From an uncultured Candidatus Saccharibacteria bacterium (GTDB taxonomy: Bacteria; Patescibacteriota; Minisyncoccia; Minisyncoccales; PEYH01): a stretch of DNA of 64,000 nucleotides. The notes under the pieces are model-generated. The model was not told the origin of the DNA. It saw only the letters and a list, made by a program, of their open reading frames with translations, and made no database searches. A program made the position numbers and the translations under genes. The DNA is taken from contig CAZTRD010000001.1 in assembly GCA_964616145.1 (NCBI GenBank), forward strand, positions 68,024-132,023. Reading direction: 5' to 3'. Of the stretch, positions 46,678-56,160 are shown one piece after another; position 1 is the first letter of the stretch; each line of letters opens with the position of its first letter.

Positions 46678-49335
46678 ATGTTCTCAAATCCAGGAGGCGA
46701 ATTTACATATAAAGCGCAGGAAGCTGTGATGAAAGCTCAGGATTTTGCCAGGCGCTTAAACCAGCAGCAAGTTGATGCTTTGCATCTGGTATACATTCTT
46801 GTAAGCCAAGAAGGGACTTTGGTTGCAACTCTATTGCGCAAATTAGGTATTGATATTGAAGAAGTAAAAAGATTGGTTGCTTCTTCAATTAATCGCATTC
46901 CCCGCAACCAGGAATTTGCCAATCCGGCTCAATTCTACCTTACTCAAGATCTGGCAAGAGTGATAGAAAGAGCAAAACAGGAGGCGATGAAAATGGAAGA
47001 TGAATTCATTTCAACTGAGCATTTCTTGCTTGCTTTGCTTGATGTTCCATCAGAAGCAAGAAATATTTTAGATAAATATGTTTCCAAAGGACTGATATAT
47101 GAAAATGTTTTCAAGATGCTGGAAGAATTGAGAGGAGGAGAAAAAATTACCGATCCAAATCCAGAAACAAAATATCAGATAATAGAAAAATATACTAGGA
47201 ATCTAACCAAGGTTGCCAAATTGGGGAAATTGGATCCTGTGATTGGCAGAGAAAACGAAATCAGAAGAGTAATCCAGGTTCTTTCCAGAAGAACCAAAAA
47301 CAATCCGGTTTTGATAGGAGAGGCAGGAGTTGGGAAAACCGCTATTGTAGAAGGATTGGCCCAGAGAATAGTCAGGGGAGATATCCCTGAGAGCTTAAAA
47401 ACCAAAGAAATTATTTCTCTAGATTTAGGTTTGTTGATAGCCGGAACAAAATTCAGGGGAGAATTTGAACAAAGATTAAAATCTTTGGTGAAAGAAATTG
47501 AAAAAGCGCAGGGCCACTATATTCTTTTCATTGATGAATTGCATACTGTTATCGGAGCAGGAGCTGCAGAAGGAGCGATAGACGCTTCTAATCTTTTAAA
47601 GCCGGCTCTGTCTAGGGGACAATTAAAGGCAATAGGGGCCACTACTTTAAAAGAATATCAGAAGTATATAGAAAAAGATCCGGCTCTTGAAAGAAGATTT
47701 ATGCCTGTATATGTTTCAGAACCTTCCGTAGAAGACACCATTTCTATCCTTAGGGGTATTAAGGAAAAATATGAACTGCATCATGGAGTGAAAATCAAGG
47801 ACTCTGCCCTGATTGCCGCAGCAGAATTAGCAACAAGATATATTACAGACAGATTCCTGCCTGATAAAGCAATAGATCTCTTGGATGAAGCCGCTTCTTC
47901 TTTAAGATTGGAAATTGAATCAGAGCCTATCCAGATAGAAGATCTGAAAAAAGAAATTCAGAGGTATGAGATAGAAAAGGAAGCGCTGAAAAAAGAAAAT
48001 GACGCTAAAAGCAAACAGCGACTAACTGCTTGCCAGAGAAGTTTAGCAGACCTGAAAGAAAAATTAAAAGACCTTGATTTAAAATGGCAGACAGAAAAAA
48101 ATCTTTTAAAAACGATAGGGGAGGTAAGCAAACAATTAGAACAATTGAATTTTGAAGCAGAAATGGCTCAAAGAGAGGGAAATCTGGAAAAAGTAGCGGA
48201 GATAAAATACGCAAAGATTCCAGAGCTCTCAAAACAAAAAAATTCTTCAGAATCAGAGCTTACAAAATTCAGAAAGAAGCATCGGCTGTTAAAAGAAGAA
48301 GTTAATGAAGAAGATATAGCCAGAGTTGTTTCCAGATGGACCGGTATACCGATAATGCGCTTGATAGAAGATGAAGCCAAGAAGCTGTATAACATGGAAG
48401 AGGCGGTGCAGAAACGCGTGATAGGGCAAAATGAGGCGATAAAAGCCATTGCCAATGCTATCAGAAGAAGCAGGGCAGGAATATCAGAAGAAGACAAACC
48501 TACTGGTTCCTTCATGTTTTTAGGACCTACTGGAGTTGGGAAAACAGAAACCGCCAAGGCCTTGGCTGAATTTCTGTTCAATGATGAAAATGCTTTGGTC
48601 AGATTAGATATGTCTGAATATATGGAAAGGCACACGGTATCCAAGATGATTGGTTCTCCTCCAGGATATGTCGGATACGAGGAAGGGGGCCAGCTTACAG
48701 AACTCATCAGAAGAAGACCGTATAGTGTTGTTCTATTAGACGAGATAGAGAAAGCTCATCCGGATGTATTCAATATACTATTACAGATTCTTGATGATGG
48801 GAGATTAACAGATGCAAAAGGAAGGAAAGTATCTTTCAAAAATACCATCATTATTATGACTTCTAATGTTGGCTCTGACTATATTTCTAATATGGCTCCC
48901 TTGGGATTTGTTACCAAAGCCCAGGAGAAGAGAGAATCTTTGAAGGATAAGATAATGGAAACATTGAAAGAAAGATTCAGGCCGGAATTCATTAATAGAA
49001 TTGATGAGATTATCATCTTTAACTATCTTTCCCAAGAAGAGATTAGAAAGATTGTTGATTTGGAATTGAATAAAGTGACTAGTCGTTTGATGAAGAACGG
49101 AATAGGATTCAGAACAACAGAAAAAGCAAAATCGCTGTTGGTTAAAAAGGGATTTGATCAGAATCTTGGAGCCAGGCCCTTGAAGAGAACAATACAGAAA
49201 TTAATTCTTGATCCATTGGCTTTAAAGATTGTTTCCAGCGATATGAAGGACGGAGCGAATATTTTAATAGATGCTGATGATGGAAAAATGATATTTAAAT
49301 TCACTAAACAAGCTTCAAAAAAGAAAAAGAAATGA
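46678..49335 (+). CDS. clpB: ATP-dependent chaperone ClpB
   Basis: Clp N domain, two AAA+ modules ([18 protein letters not shown]), a long middle coiled-coil. 885 aa. Confidence 0.94.
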   Translation: MFSNPGGEFTYKAQEAVMKAQDFARRLNQQQVDALHLVYILVSQEGTLVATLLRKLGIDIEEVKRLVASSINRIPRNQEFANPAQFYLTQDLARVIERAKQEAMKMEDEFISTEHFLLALLDVPSEARNILDKYVSKGLIYENVFKMLEELRGGEKITDPNPETKYQIIEKYTRNLTKVAKLGKLDPVIGRENEIRRVIQVLSRRTKNNPVLIGEAGVGKTAIVEGLAQRIVRGDIPESLKTKEIISLDLGLLIAGTKFRGEFEQRLKSLVKEIEKAQGHYILFIDELHTVIGAGAAEGAIDASNLLKPALSRGQLKAIGATTLKEYQKYIEKDPALERRFMPVYVSEPSVEDTISILRGIKEKYELHHGVKIKDSALIAAAELATRYITDRFLPDKAIDLLDEAASSLRLEIESEPIQIEDLKKEIQRYEIEKEALKKENDAKSKQRLTACQRSLADLKEKLKDLDLKWQTEKNLLKTIGEVSKQLEQLNFEAEMAQREGNLEKVAEIKYAKIPELSKQKNSSESELTKFRKKHRLLKEEVNEEDIARVVSRWTGIPIMRLIEDEAKKLYNMEEAVQKRVIGQNEAIKAIANAIRRSRAGISEEDKPTGSFMFLGPTGVGKTETAKALAEFLFNDENALVRLDMSEYMERHTVSKMIGSPPGYVGYEEGGQLTELIRRRPYSVVLLDEIEKAHPDVFNILLQILDDGRLTDAKGRKVSFKNTIIIMTSNVGSDYISNMAPLGFVTKAQEKRESLKDKIMETLKERFRPEFINRIDEIIIFNYLSQEEIRKIVDLELNKVTSRLMKNGIGFRTTEKAKSLLVKKGFDQNLGARPLKRTIQKLILDPLALKIVSSDMKDGANILIDADDGKMIFKFTKQASKKKKK

Positions 49336-49337
49336 GG

Positions 49338-49360
49338 AAAAGGGGTGGTTGGCCCCTTTT
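49338..49360. terminator. Bidirectional intrinsic terminator (clpB on +, island unit 3 on -)
   Basis: AAAGGGG-TGGTTGG-CCCCTTTT with A/T runs on both sides. Confidence 0.7.
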
Positions 49361-49425
49361 CTGTTTGAGAGGTCGGTATGTACGAGCTTGTTAATCCCTG
49401 CACCTCCTTTAAAGGTACTGCTTGC

Positions 49426-49536
49426 CTAACGCCCAGAACGCTGACAAACGATAAGCCAGGAAGTTCGTGGTCTTGGTAAGATGTGCCACCAATTCCATCT
49501 TCTTGGCCGCCGCTGCCTGCTTCTGGTCCTTTTCAT
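49426..49536 (-). CDS. Candidate 36-aa Arg/Trp-rich small ORF (MKRTRSRQRRPRRWNWWHILPRPRTSWLIVCQRSGR), island unit 3
   Basis: Perfect RBS AAGGAGGG (49550-49543) 7 nt before ATG 49536-49534. TATAAT at 49570-49565. An overlapping frame also encodes MELVAHLTKTTNFLAYRLSAFWALGKQYL. The coding status of both is unproven. Confidence 0.25.
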   Translation of the reverse strand: MKRTRSRQRRPRRWNWWHILPRPRTSWLIVCQRSGR

Positions 49537-49586
49537 CTGTGTCCCTCCTTACGGGTAGGTGTTTATTATATATCATAGTTTCTAGT

Positions 49587-49795
49587 AAAAAACAAAGAAA
49601 CCGACCAGAGAATGGTCGGGAAAGAGCATGTGTCAAGGATGGAGACCGCGGTGGTATCGTTAGTTCTCCTCCGCGGCCTCACATCCTCTCCGCAAGGACA
49701 CAAGCAAACCTTGCGGTCTAACAACCCCTCGCCTCTTTCCCTCTCGCCCGTGAGAGGGTCATCTAGTGGAGGGGTAGGGTCTTACTTGTTGTTAT
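49587..49795 (-). ncRNA. GC-rich structured transcript, ~200 nt, unclassified (island unit 2)
   Basis: Minus-strand hairpins CCCTCTC-ACGGGC-GAGAGGG, CCGCAAGG-11 nt-CCTTGCGG and GGCCGCGG-19 nt-CCGCGGTC nested in AGGATG/CATCCT. It ends in terminator CCGACCA-TTCTC-TGGTCGG-TTTCTTTGTTTTTT (49620-49587). The 5' end is uncertain. Confidence 0.45.
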
Positions 49796-49825
49796 CTTCT
49801 ACCTACTTCTATGATTTGTCAATGT

Positions 49826-50006
49826 TTTAAAAGCAAAAGAGCCGACCACGAATGTGATCGGTTCTCGGTTGGCGCCCGTAAGGGCAAAGAACATGAGCGG
49901 ATAGGTCCGCCACCTGGAGGAGCTGCCGAAGCAGCCCCTCCTAAGTGGTTTAGTCGTGCGCCCCCGCACGGCCAACTCCCCTCTCTGCCATAGAGAAAGG
50001 AAGGTC
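49826..50006 (-). ncRNA. GC-rich structured transcript, ~180 nt, unclassified (island unit 1)
   Basis: Multi-stem junction closed by GTTGGC/GCCAAC. It contains GTGCG-GGGG-CGCAC, an 11-bp GGAGGGGCTGC-TTCG-GCAGCTCCTCC, CGGA-CCTA-TCCG and GCCC-TTAC-GGGC. Terminator CCGATCAC-ATTC-GTGGTCGG-CTCTTTTGCTTTT (49861-49826). Confidence 0.5.
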
Positions 50007-50012
50007 ATTATT

Positions 50013-50042
50013 ATTTTACTATCTTTGTTTACTTACAGTCAA
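50013..50042 (-). promoter_or_regulatory. Promoter of island unit 1 (TTGACT-18 nt-TAAAAT)
   Basis: Minus-strand -35 at 50042-50037 and -10 at 50018-50013. Confidence 0.5.
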
Positions 50043-50103
50043 CATTGTTTTCCACAGTTTTCTTCTTTGAAAAAAATAATATATTGGATATAATAAAAGA
50101 TTC

Positions 50104-50742
50104 ATGAGAAAAGAATTCGTATTAATAATTGGTTTAGCCCTTGTAGTCCTTGTAGGGCTTTTTAGTTATATCCTAAAAGACATTCCTCAGGATAAAGTGT
50201 CGCTTTTAAATGAGGTTTTCTATGAACCCCTAGAAAACTATATTTTAATAGAAACAGAAGAAGGGGATTTTGTTGAGAATAGTAATATCGGATTGAGAAT
50301 GGCTATTCCTCCAGAATGGCTGGTTAAAAAGATAGAAGGATTGGGAGTTGATAGCAAAGGTGTCAAAGAAGGAGCTATTGCTCTGTATTCCCCAGATTCA
50401 GAAGTTGATGAAATAACAAGCATTGCTTACAAGGGATGCGGAATATCTGCGAGATTTGAAAAGAGTTACAGGGAAAAGCAGTTTCATATAATAGCCAGCA
50501 CGATAGAAGATATAGAAACGGGAAATGAGATAGAGCATAGCGAGCTGATAACTATTTCCCAAAAGAATGCCCTATGGGAGATAGTATTAGATGAAGAGGA
50601 GATAGGGGAAGCAATTATGGTTTCTCTGCCAATAGATGATAGTGTATATATTTTTGAAACCATTTTGCCTCCAGCAGAAAAAGAAAGGTGCGAAACAGCG
50701 TTTAGAGATTTTTTAACAAAAGTAGAAATCACAAAAAAATAA
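50104..50742 (+). CDS. Hypothetical membrane-anchored/secreted protein (212 aa)
   Basis: N-terminal hydrophobic segment. The stop lies 1 nt before the start of the giant downstream gene. Confidence 0.6.
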   Translation: MRKEFVLIIGLALVVLVGLFSYILKDIPQDKVSLLNEVFYEPLENYILIETEEGDFVENSNIGLRMAIPPEWLVKKIEGLGVDSKGVKEGAIALYSPDSEVDEITSIAYKGCGISARFEKSYREKQFHIIASTIEDIETGNEIEHSELITISQKNALWEIVLDEEEIGEAIMVSLPIDDSVYIFETILPPAEKERCETAFRDFLTKVEITKK

Positions 50743-50743
50743 T

Positions 50744-53700
50744 ATGAAAAATACCCGGCGTTTAAAAAACGTCTTTTTAGTAGTTTTTTTGTTTTCAGTT
50801 TTCCCTGTTTTTAATGTTTTAGCAGAAGATGATCTATTGTTATCCAATTATGATGCTAATTTTATCCTTAATCGTCTTCCTGCTGTTATAACAGATCAGT
50901 GGATAGATTCAATTGTTCAAGCTAAATCTGGAAAGGAACAGGCCGCTATCGTAATTCTTAAACAGGCCTCTCAGCAAAGAACATTCAACTATCTTTTGGA
51001 ACAAGCGCCAAAAGAAGTTGTAAAAGAAGTAGCTAGGGTTGGTTGGCAGATATATAATATTGGATCTGGATCAGAGCTCCATGAGATTATTGGTAGTTTT
51101 GAAAAAGAAACAGCCAATGAAGCGGTAAATTATCTTTTAAAAGTGATAAAAGAACAGAAACTCAAAATCTCCTTTGGGGATTTTGAAGCGGAATATCAGA
51201 CAATAGATGAAGCGCTTTTAAAAACTAAATTCCAATACATCATTATCTACAAACCAGTTACTGAAACTCAGGGATTAGTAACTATTAGGATATATTCCCC
51301 GAATAATTTAACTCCGCCAAAATCAAAAGGAGATCCTTGGAGCGGAGCGATAAACTACACCTGGTTTTCTGATTCGGAGATAGAGAACAGTAAAATAGTT
51401 CCTCCTTTCATAGCTCAGATTAATGGATCTATGGAAAGAAAAAAATCCGGGTATTGGCAGAAAGATGTTATCCACGAATATAGTTTTTCTGGATCACCGA
51501 ATTTAACAATAACTTTTCCCGAAACCGTACCAAAACTTGAATTTCCAAAAGAGGGTTGGCTGGGAAAAATTCTTTCTGCTGCCAAAGACAAATTGCAGAC
51601 AATAGCTGAATTATTGGGAGCTAATTTAGTCAAAGAAGAGGAATTGAAACCTCAAAATGAATCAAGTACTTCAACTATGAGCTTTGAAGAGGAATTGGCA
51701 CAAAAGATTGCTGAGTTAGAGAAGAAATATAATGAAGCCAATGCTGATTCAAAAACAACAATTTCTGAGCTTAACAAATTGAAGAAAGACATGACTACTC
51801 TTTTAAAGCAATTTGCTAACTTGGCTGGTTCTAAAGAAAAAGAACAGCCAGAAGGGCAAGATGCAGAAGCAGGTGATAGCAAAGAAGCTGTTATAGAAAA
51901 ACCAGAAGCAGATACTAAAGAATTCAAGCTTGTGATCAGTGAAATATGTTCTGGAATGGATAACTCAAAAAGCGAATTTGTGGAAATATTCAATCCAAAT
52001 GATTTTGCTGTGAATATAAATGATGAAAATTTCTCTCTTTGGATAGTAGATTCAAAAGACAAACCAACTCAGAAAAGAATTACTTGGACTAGAAACAACA
52101 TTCCAGCAAAAGGATATTTTCTTTTTGCCGGATCAGAATTATTCTTTTCTGGGTTAAAATTTGACGCAGATGCATATTATTCTAATCAGATAACAAGCAC
52201 GGGAGGAGTGATTATTTCCCAAAAATCAGGAGAGGATTTTGATAAAGCGGGATGGGGAAAATTATCTAGCCCTGCTCCGGAAACAAGCATAGAAGGGGAA
52301 GGAAAAGTACTAGAGAATGGTCTAGAAAGCGGGATAAGTATAGTCAGAAAAATGTTCGGGCAGGGATACATAGATACAGATAATAACGAAAGAGATTTTG
52401 AAACATCCCATTTTCCAAGTCCGAAGAATTCTTTAAATCAGGAATCAGTATATTATCCAAAGAGCCAGTATAATTTTCCGAGCAGCCCTACTTTTTCAAA
52501 TCCGTCTTCCAATAGTCAAATAGTATCTCCTAAAATATTGATAAGCGAGATAAAAAATAAAGGAGAGAATTCCTCAGATGATTTTATCGAACTATTCAAT
52601 CCTAATGATCAAGATGCTAATTTGCAAGGGTGGCAATTAAAGAAAAAAACATCTTCTGGCACAGAATCGTCAATTATTCTTTTTGGGGAAAATCAGATAA
52701 TAAAGTCAAAACAATATCTTGTCTGGGCGAGTACAAAAGACGGATATAATCAGATAATACAAGCAGATGCTTCATCATCCGCCTATCTGGCAGATAATAA
52801 CAGTGTTGCGCTGCTAGATAAAGAAAAACAAATAATTGACGCTGTGGCTTGGCAAGAAAGCATAAATCCATTTGTTGAGGGTAATTACTTTGATTCCAGC
52901 CATGAAAAAGACCAAAGCATTGGGAGGAAAAAAGACGGTCAGTCATATACTGATAGTAACAACAATGCGACTGATTTTGAAATTCAGACCTCCACCCCAA
53001 AATTAATTAATCAAAAATATCCAATAGTAATACCCCCAGAGAACCAGGAACCTGACGAAGAGCCGGGCAATACAGAAACCCAATGCTTAGCTTCCGGCAT
53101 AATAATTTCTGAAGTTAAGCTAGGTAAAACAGAATATGTAGAGATTTTTAATCCAACTTTGCAAGCGGTTAATTTATCCAAATGTTTCTTATCATACTTC
53201 TCTGCATTAAATGATTGGAATGACCCTTCTCGCAATTGGGAATTTGCAGACAATTTAAGCATTAGCAGTAGGCAACATTTTTTAATAGGCATATATGCAG
53301 ATCCGATAAATATCCTTAATTTTGATTGGCAAGTCCAAAGTTCTTCAGGAAATAATTATGCCAGCCAGCAATTAAGCCAAAACGGGGCCATCGGTGTTTT
53401 CTCATGCGATCCTTCTAGCCAATTAGATTCTTCATCAGCTAAAAATTGTAAAGTTGATGCTGTCGGATGGGACAGTTCTTTAGTAAAAGAGGAAAACAAT
53501 ACAGAACCCAGCCCTGAAGAAAAATCTATGGCAAGGATAATAGATCCGGATGAAATAGGGCAATTGGCATACAAGGACACCAATGATAATAATCAGGATT
53601 TTGAGATACAAGATCCGACTCCAAGAACATTCAGTGATCATGACTTCACTGATTTAGATAATGACGGACTTTTGGATGTAAAAGATATCAATGTCACTAT

Positions 53701-55333
53701 CGGGTTCAGCACGTTTTTGGACCCAGGAGAATATATTTTCAAAAACCTTACAATAACCGACAATTCTACAATAACTCTTAAAGGGAATTGTAATGATGAT
53801 CTGGGAGTGAAATTAATTGTCAAAAATTTAACAATTGAAAGCGGTTCTTCAATTTCTGCCAATAGTCAAGGTTGTCCGAGCGGGTCAGGAGATGGAGCAG
53901 GATATTTTGGCAGTGGCGGTGGCTATGGAGGGAGAGGGGCTGGAGATAATAGCATAGAAGGACAAGATTCATATTATGGAGATGGTGGTTTAACTTATGG
54001 CGATATTATTCTGCCATCAAATCTTGGTTCTGGAGGAGGTGGATTGGGCGGACTTGCCGGAGGAACAGGCGGGGGAGTTATTGTTATAGAGGCAGAAGAA
54101 AAGATAATGATTGACGGATTAATATCTGCAGATGGGCAGAGTATTAATGGAAAAACCGGTGGTGGAAGCGGAGGAAGTATATACCTTACAGCTAATGAGA
54201 TAACCGGTTCTGGAATGATAACGGCTAATGGAGGAAGTACAACTGGAGGGGCTGGCGGCGGAGGAAGAATAGCTATCTATTACAATACGCTAGGTGTTTC
54301 TGATATTCAGACATATGGAGGAAATCAAACCATCGGTCAATTTGATGGAGCTGCCGGAACTATATTTTTAAAAAACAATACCCAAAACAGAGGAGAATTG
54401 ATTATTAAGAATAATAATCTGGATGGATTAACCCAGACAGTAATAGATAATAATTTAGTTTTGAAGAATTTTGAGATAGGAGCCAATAGTAGAATTTCCT
54501 TTTTGGGAAACAGCATAGATTCTAATGATATATCAATATCTTCCAAGGGAGTTTTACTGTTTGAAGACGATGTTTCAATCACGACTGATAATCTGGTTGT
54601 ATGGGGAGAAGGAAATATTATCAATCTTCTAGGAAAAACAACTGGAATCAAAGGAGGCGATATTACTATTAAAGATAAAGCAAAGATTCAGAGCAATGTT
54701 TTAATGCTGGCGGATAATTTAAATATCTATGCAGAGTCTTTTTTAAGCGCTGATAAAAAAGGGTATTTACCAAGCCAAGGGCCTGGAGCTGGGAAATTAG
54801 GTAGTGGTGGTGGTTACGGAGGAAGAGGCGGGGGAGATGAACCAGATCAGGATGCCAGTGTGTATGCCGAGAAAGGAGAATCGTACGGGGATTTTAGGTT
54901 ACCAAATGAATATGGCTCTGGCGGAGGAACCTATGCCGGATACGGAGGATATGGAGGAGGAATGCTGAAATTAGAAGTGAAGAATATTTCGCTTAACGGA
55001 ACTATTTCTTCAAATGGAGGAGAAGGGATAAAACTAAATTATGGATATGGAGGTGGCGGCGGATCCGGAGGTTCAATAGTTATTAAAACAGAAAATATTT
55101 CTGGAACAGGAGAAATTACTGCTAATGGAGCATCTCAGGAATTTTCTTGTACTGGCGGTGGGGGAAGAATAGCCATCTATTACAAGTCAAAAGATTCTTT
55201 TATGGGGAAATTGAAATCCCTCGGAGGCACAAAATTAAATATAGGCAATCCTCTTTTTATAGGAGAATCTGGCACAGTTTATCTGCAACAAATGGATGCT
55301 ACAGAGGGGGAACTGAAATTTGGAGAAGTGTAA
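50744..55333 (+). CDS. Giant secreted protein (1529 aa) with a signal peptide, coiled-coil, three lamin-tail-domain (LTD)-like modules and two glycine-rich beta-helix-like modules
   Basis: Signal peptide ...VFNVLAEDD. LTD-like starts are ISEICSG..SEFVEIFNP (about 51925), ISEIKNKG..DDFIELFNP (about 52531) and ISEVKLGKTEYVEIFNP (about 53095). Duplicated modules GSGGGYGGRG.GD...GGGGRIAIYY lie at about 53860-54390 and 54750-55300. Confidence 0.8.
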   Translation: MKNTRRLKNVFLVVFLFSVFPVFNVLAEDDLLLSNYDANFILNRLPAVITDQWIDSIVQAKSGKEQAAIVILKQASQQRTFNYLLEQAPKEVVKEVARVGWQIYNIGSGSELHEIIGSFEKETANEAVNYLLKVIKEQKLKISFGDFEAEYQTIDEALLKTKFQYIIIYKPVTETQGLVTIRIYSPNNLTPPKSKGDPWSGAINYTWFSDSEIENSKIVPPFIAQINGSMERKKSGYWQKDVIHEYSFSGSPNLTITFPETVPKLEFPKEGWLGKILSAAKDKLQTIAELLGANLVKEEELKPQNESSTSTMSFEEELAQKIAELEKKYNEANADSKTTISELNKLKKDMTTLLKQFANLAGSKEKEQPEGQDAEAGDSKEAVIEKPEADTKEFKLVISEICSGMDNSKSEFVEIFNPNDFAVNINDENFSLWIVDSKDKPTQKRITWTRNNIPAKGYFLFAGSELFFSGLKFDADAYYSNQITSTGGVIISQKSGEDFDKAGWGKLSSPAPETSIEGEGKVLENGLESGISIVRKMFGQGYIDTDNNERDFETSHFPSPKNSLNQESVYYPKSQYNFPSSPTFSNPSSNSQIVSPKILISEIKNKGENSSDDFIELFNPNDQDANLQGWQLKKKTSSGTESSIILFGENQIIKSKQYLVWASTKDGYNQIIQADASSSAYLADNNSVALLDKEKQIIDAVAWQESINPFVEGNYFDSSHEKDQSIGRKKDGQSYTDSNNNATDFEIQTSTPKLINQKYPIVIPPENQEPDEEPGNTETQCLASGIIISEVKLGKTEYVEIFNPTLQAVNLSKCFLSYFSALNDWNDPSRNWEFADNLSISSRQHFLIGIYADPINILNFDWQVQSSSGNNYASQQLSQNGAIGVFSCDPSSQLDSSSAKNCKVDAVGWDSSLVKEENNTEPSPEEKSMARIIDPDEIGQLAYKDTNDNNQDFEIQDPTPRTFSDHDFTDLDNDGLLDVKDINVTIGFSTFLDPGEYIFKNLTITDNSTITLKGNCNDDLGVKLIVKNLTIESGSSISANSQGCPSGSGDGAGYFGSGGGYGGRGAGDNSIEGQDSYYGDGGLTYGDIILPSNLGSGGGGLGGLAGGTGGGVIVIEAEEKIMIDGLISADGQSINGKTGGGSGGSIYLTANEITGSGMITANGGSTTGGAGGGGRIAIYYNTLGVSDIQTYGGNQTIGQFDGAAGTIFLKNNTQNRGELIIKNNNLDGLTQTVIDNNLVLKNFEIGANSRISFLGNSIDSNDISISSKGVLLFEDDVSITTDNLVVWGEGNIINLLGKTTGIKGGDITIKDKAKIQSNVLMLADNLNIYAESFLSADKKGYLPSQGPGAGKLGSGGGYGGRGGGDEPDQDASVYAEKGESYGDFRLPNEYGSGGGTYAGYGGYGGGMLKLEVKNISLNGTISSNGGEGIKLNYGYGGGGGSGGSIVIKTENISGTGEITANGASQEFSCTGGGGRIAIYYKSKDSFMGKLKSLGGTKLNIGNPLFIGESGTVYLQQMDATEGELKFGEV

Positions 55334-55351
55334 AATATATTTACATTGATA

Positions 55352-55380
55352 TTGACAATATATTTTACATGATATATATT
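55352..55380 (+). promoter_or_regulatory. Promoter of the TA pair (TTGACA-17 nt-TATATT), predicting a leaderless or near-leaderless mRNA
   Basis: The -10 ends 6 nt before ATG 55387. Confidence 0.5.
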
Positions 55381-55386
55381 AGAGGC

Positions 55387-56160
55387 ATGACCTCTGAATT
55401 TATACAAAAACTTAGGAAGGAGCAAGGATTGACACAAGAGTTTTTAGCATTAGAACTAGGTGTTTCTAGGCCAACCTATATCCAGATAGAGAAAGGAAAA
55501 AGAGAGTTAAATATATCTGAAGCCAAGAAACTCGCTTCGATTTTTAGCGTTTCTTTAAATGATTTTTTAGCCAATGAGTTACCTAAGCGCAATGTAATTC
55601 TAGAAAAAGAAAAAACGAAAGTACAAAATAGTTCCAAGATTGAAATACGTGTTACAAAAAAGAACTTGAATAAATTTAAGCAAGTTTTATTATATGTTTT
55701 AGAAAAAGTCGGCGGAAAGCTAAATTTTGGAGAAACAGTTCTGCACAAACTTCTCTATTTTATCGATTTTGACTACTACGAAAAATTTGAAGAAAATCTG
55801 ATGGGAGCAACATATATCAAAAATCATCATGGGCCTACATCTATCGAACTAGGAACAATATTAAAAGATATGCAGAAAAATGGAGAGATTGAAGCAGTAA
55901 ATAGTCGTTATTTTAAATATGATCAAAAAAAGTATTTACCCTTGAAACATCCAGATTTGCAACATCTCTCTGCTAGAGAGATAGGCCACATCGATGAAGT
56001 ATTATTTCGCTTGAGCGATAAGAATGCCAAGGAGATAGAGAATTATTCTCACGAAGATATTCCCTGGAAAACCGCCAAAGAGGGCCAGCCAATTTCTTAT
56101 GAAAGCGTATTTTACCGCGATGAGAGATATTCTGTAAGAAACTATAGCGATGAAATTTAG
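55387..56160 (+). CDS. Xre-type HTH fused to a Panacea (DUF4065/SocA-like) domain, a putative PanA-type antitoxin
   Basis: HTH: LRKEQGLTQEFLALELGVSRPTYIQIEKGKRE. Panacea-like: ETVLHKLLYFIDFDYY....G..Y....HGP and ...EIENYSHEDIPW. The tracked upstream extension overlaps the giant gene and is rejected. Confidence 0.75.
   Translation: MTSEFIQKLRKEQGLTQEFLALELGVSRPTYIQIEKGKRELNISEAKKLASIFSVSLNDFLANELPKRNVILEKEKTKVQNSSKIEIRVTKKNLNKFKQVLLYVLEKVGGKLNFGETVLHKLLYFIDFDYYEKFEENLMGATYIKNHHGPTSIELGTILKDMQKNGEIEAVNSRYFKYDQKKYLPLKHPDLQHLSAREIGHIDEVLFRLSDKNAKEIENYSHEDIPWKTAKEGQPISYESVFYRDERYSVRNYSDEI

Noticed and set aside
49409-50008. Five tracked ORFs of 60-84 aa on both strands of the 49.4-50.0-kb island
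   Set aside because: They are mutually overlapping frames kept open by GC richness. They cross terminators and promoters, and none begins with an RBS. Only the short SD-preceded ORF at 49426-49536 is retained, and only as a low-confidence candidate.
53860-55300. Glycine-rich nucleotide repeats, considered as a non-coding tandem repeat
   Set aside because: The repeats are in frame within the 1529-aa ORF and form two diverged protein-level modules. This is a coding duplication, not a DNA satellite.
55147-55386. Upstream extension of the Xre-Panacea ORF
   Set aside because: It overlaps the 3' end of the 1529-aa gene in another frame and contains the TTGACA/TATATT promoter. The HTH begins right after ATG 55387.
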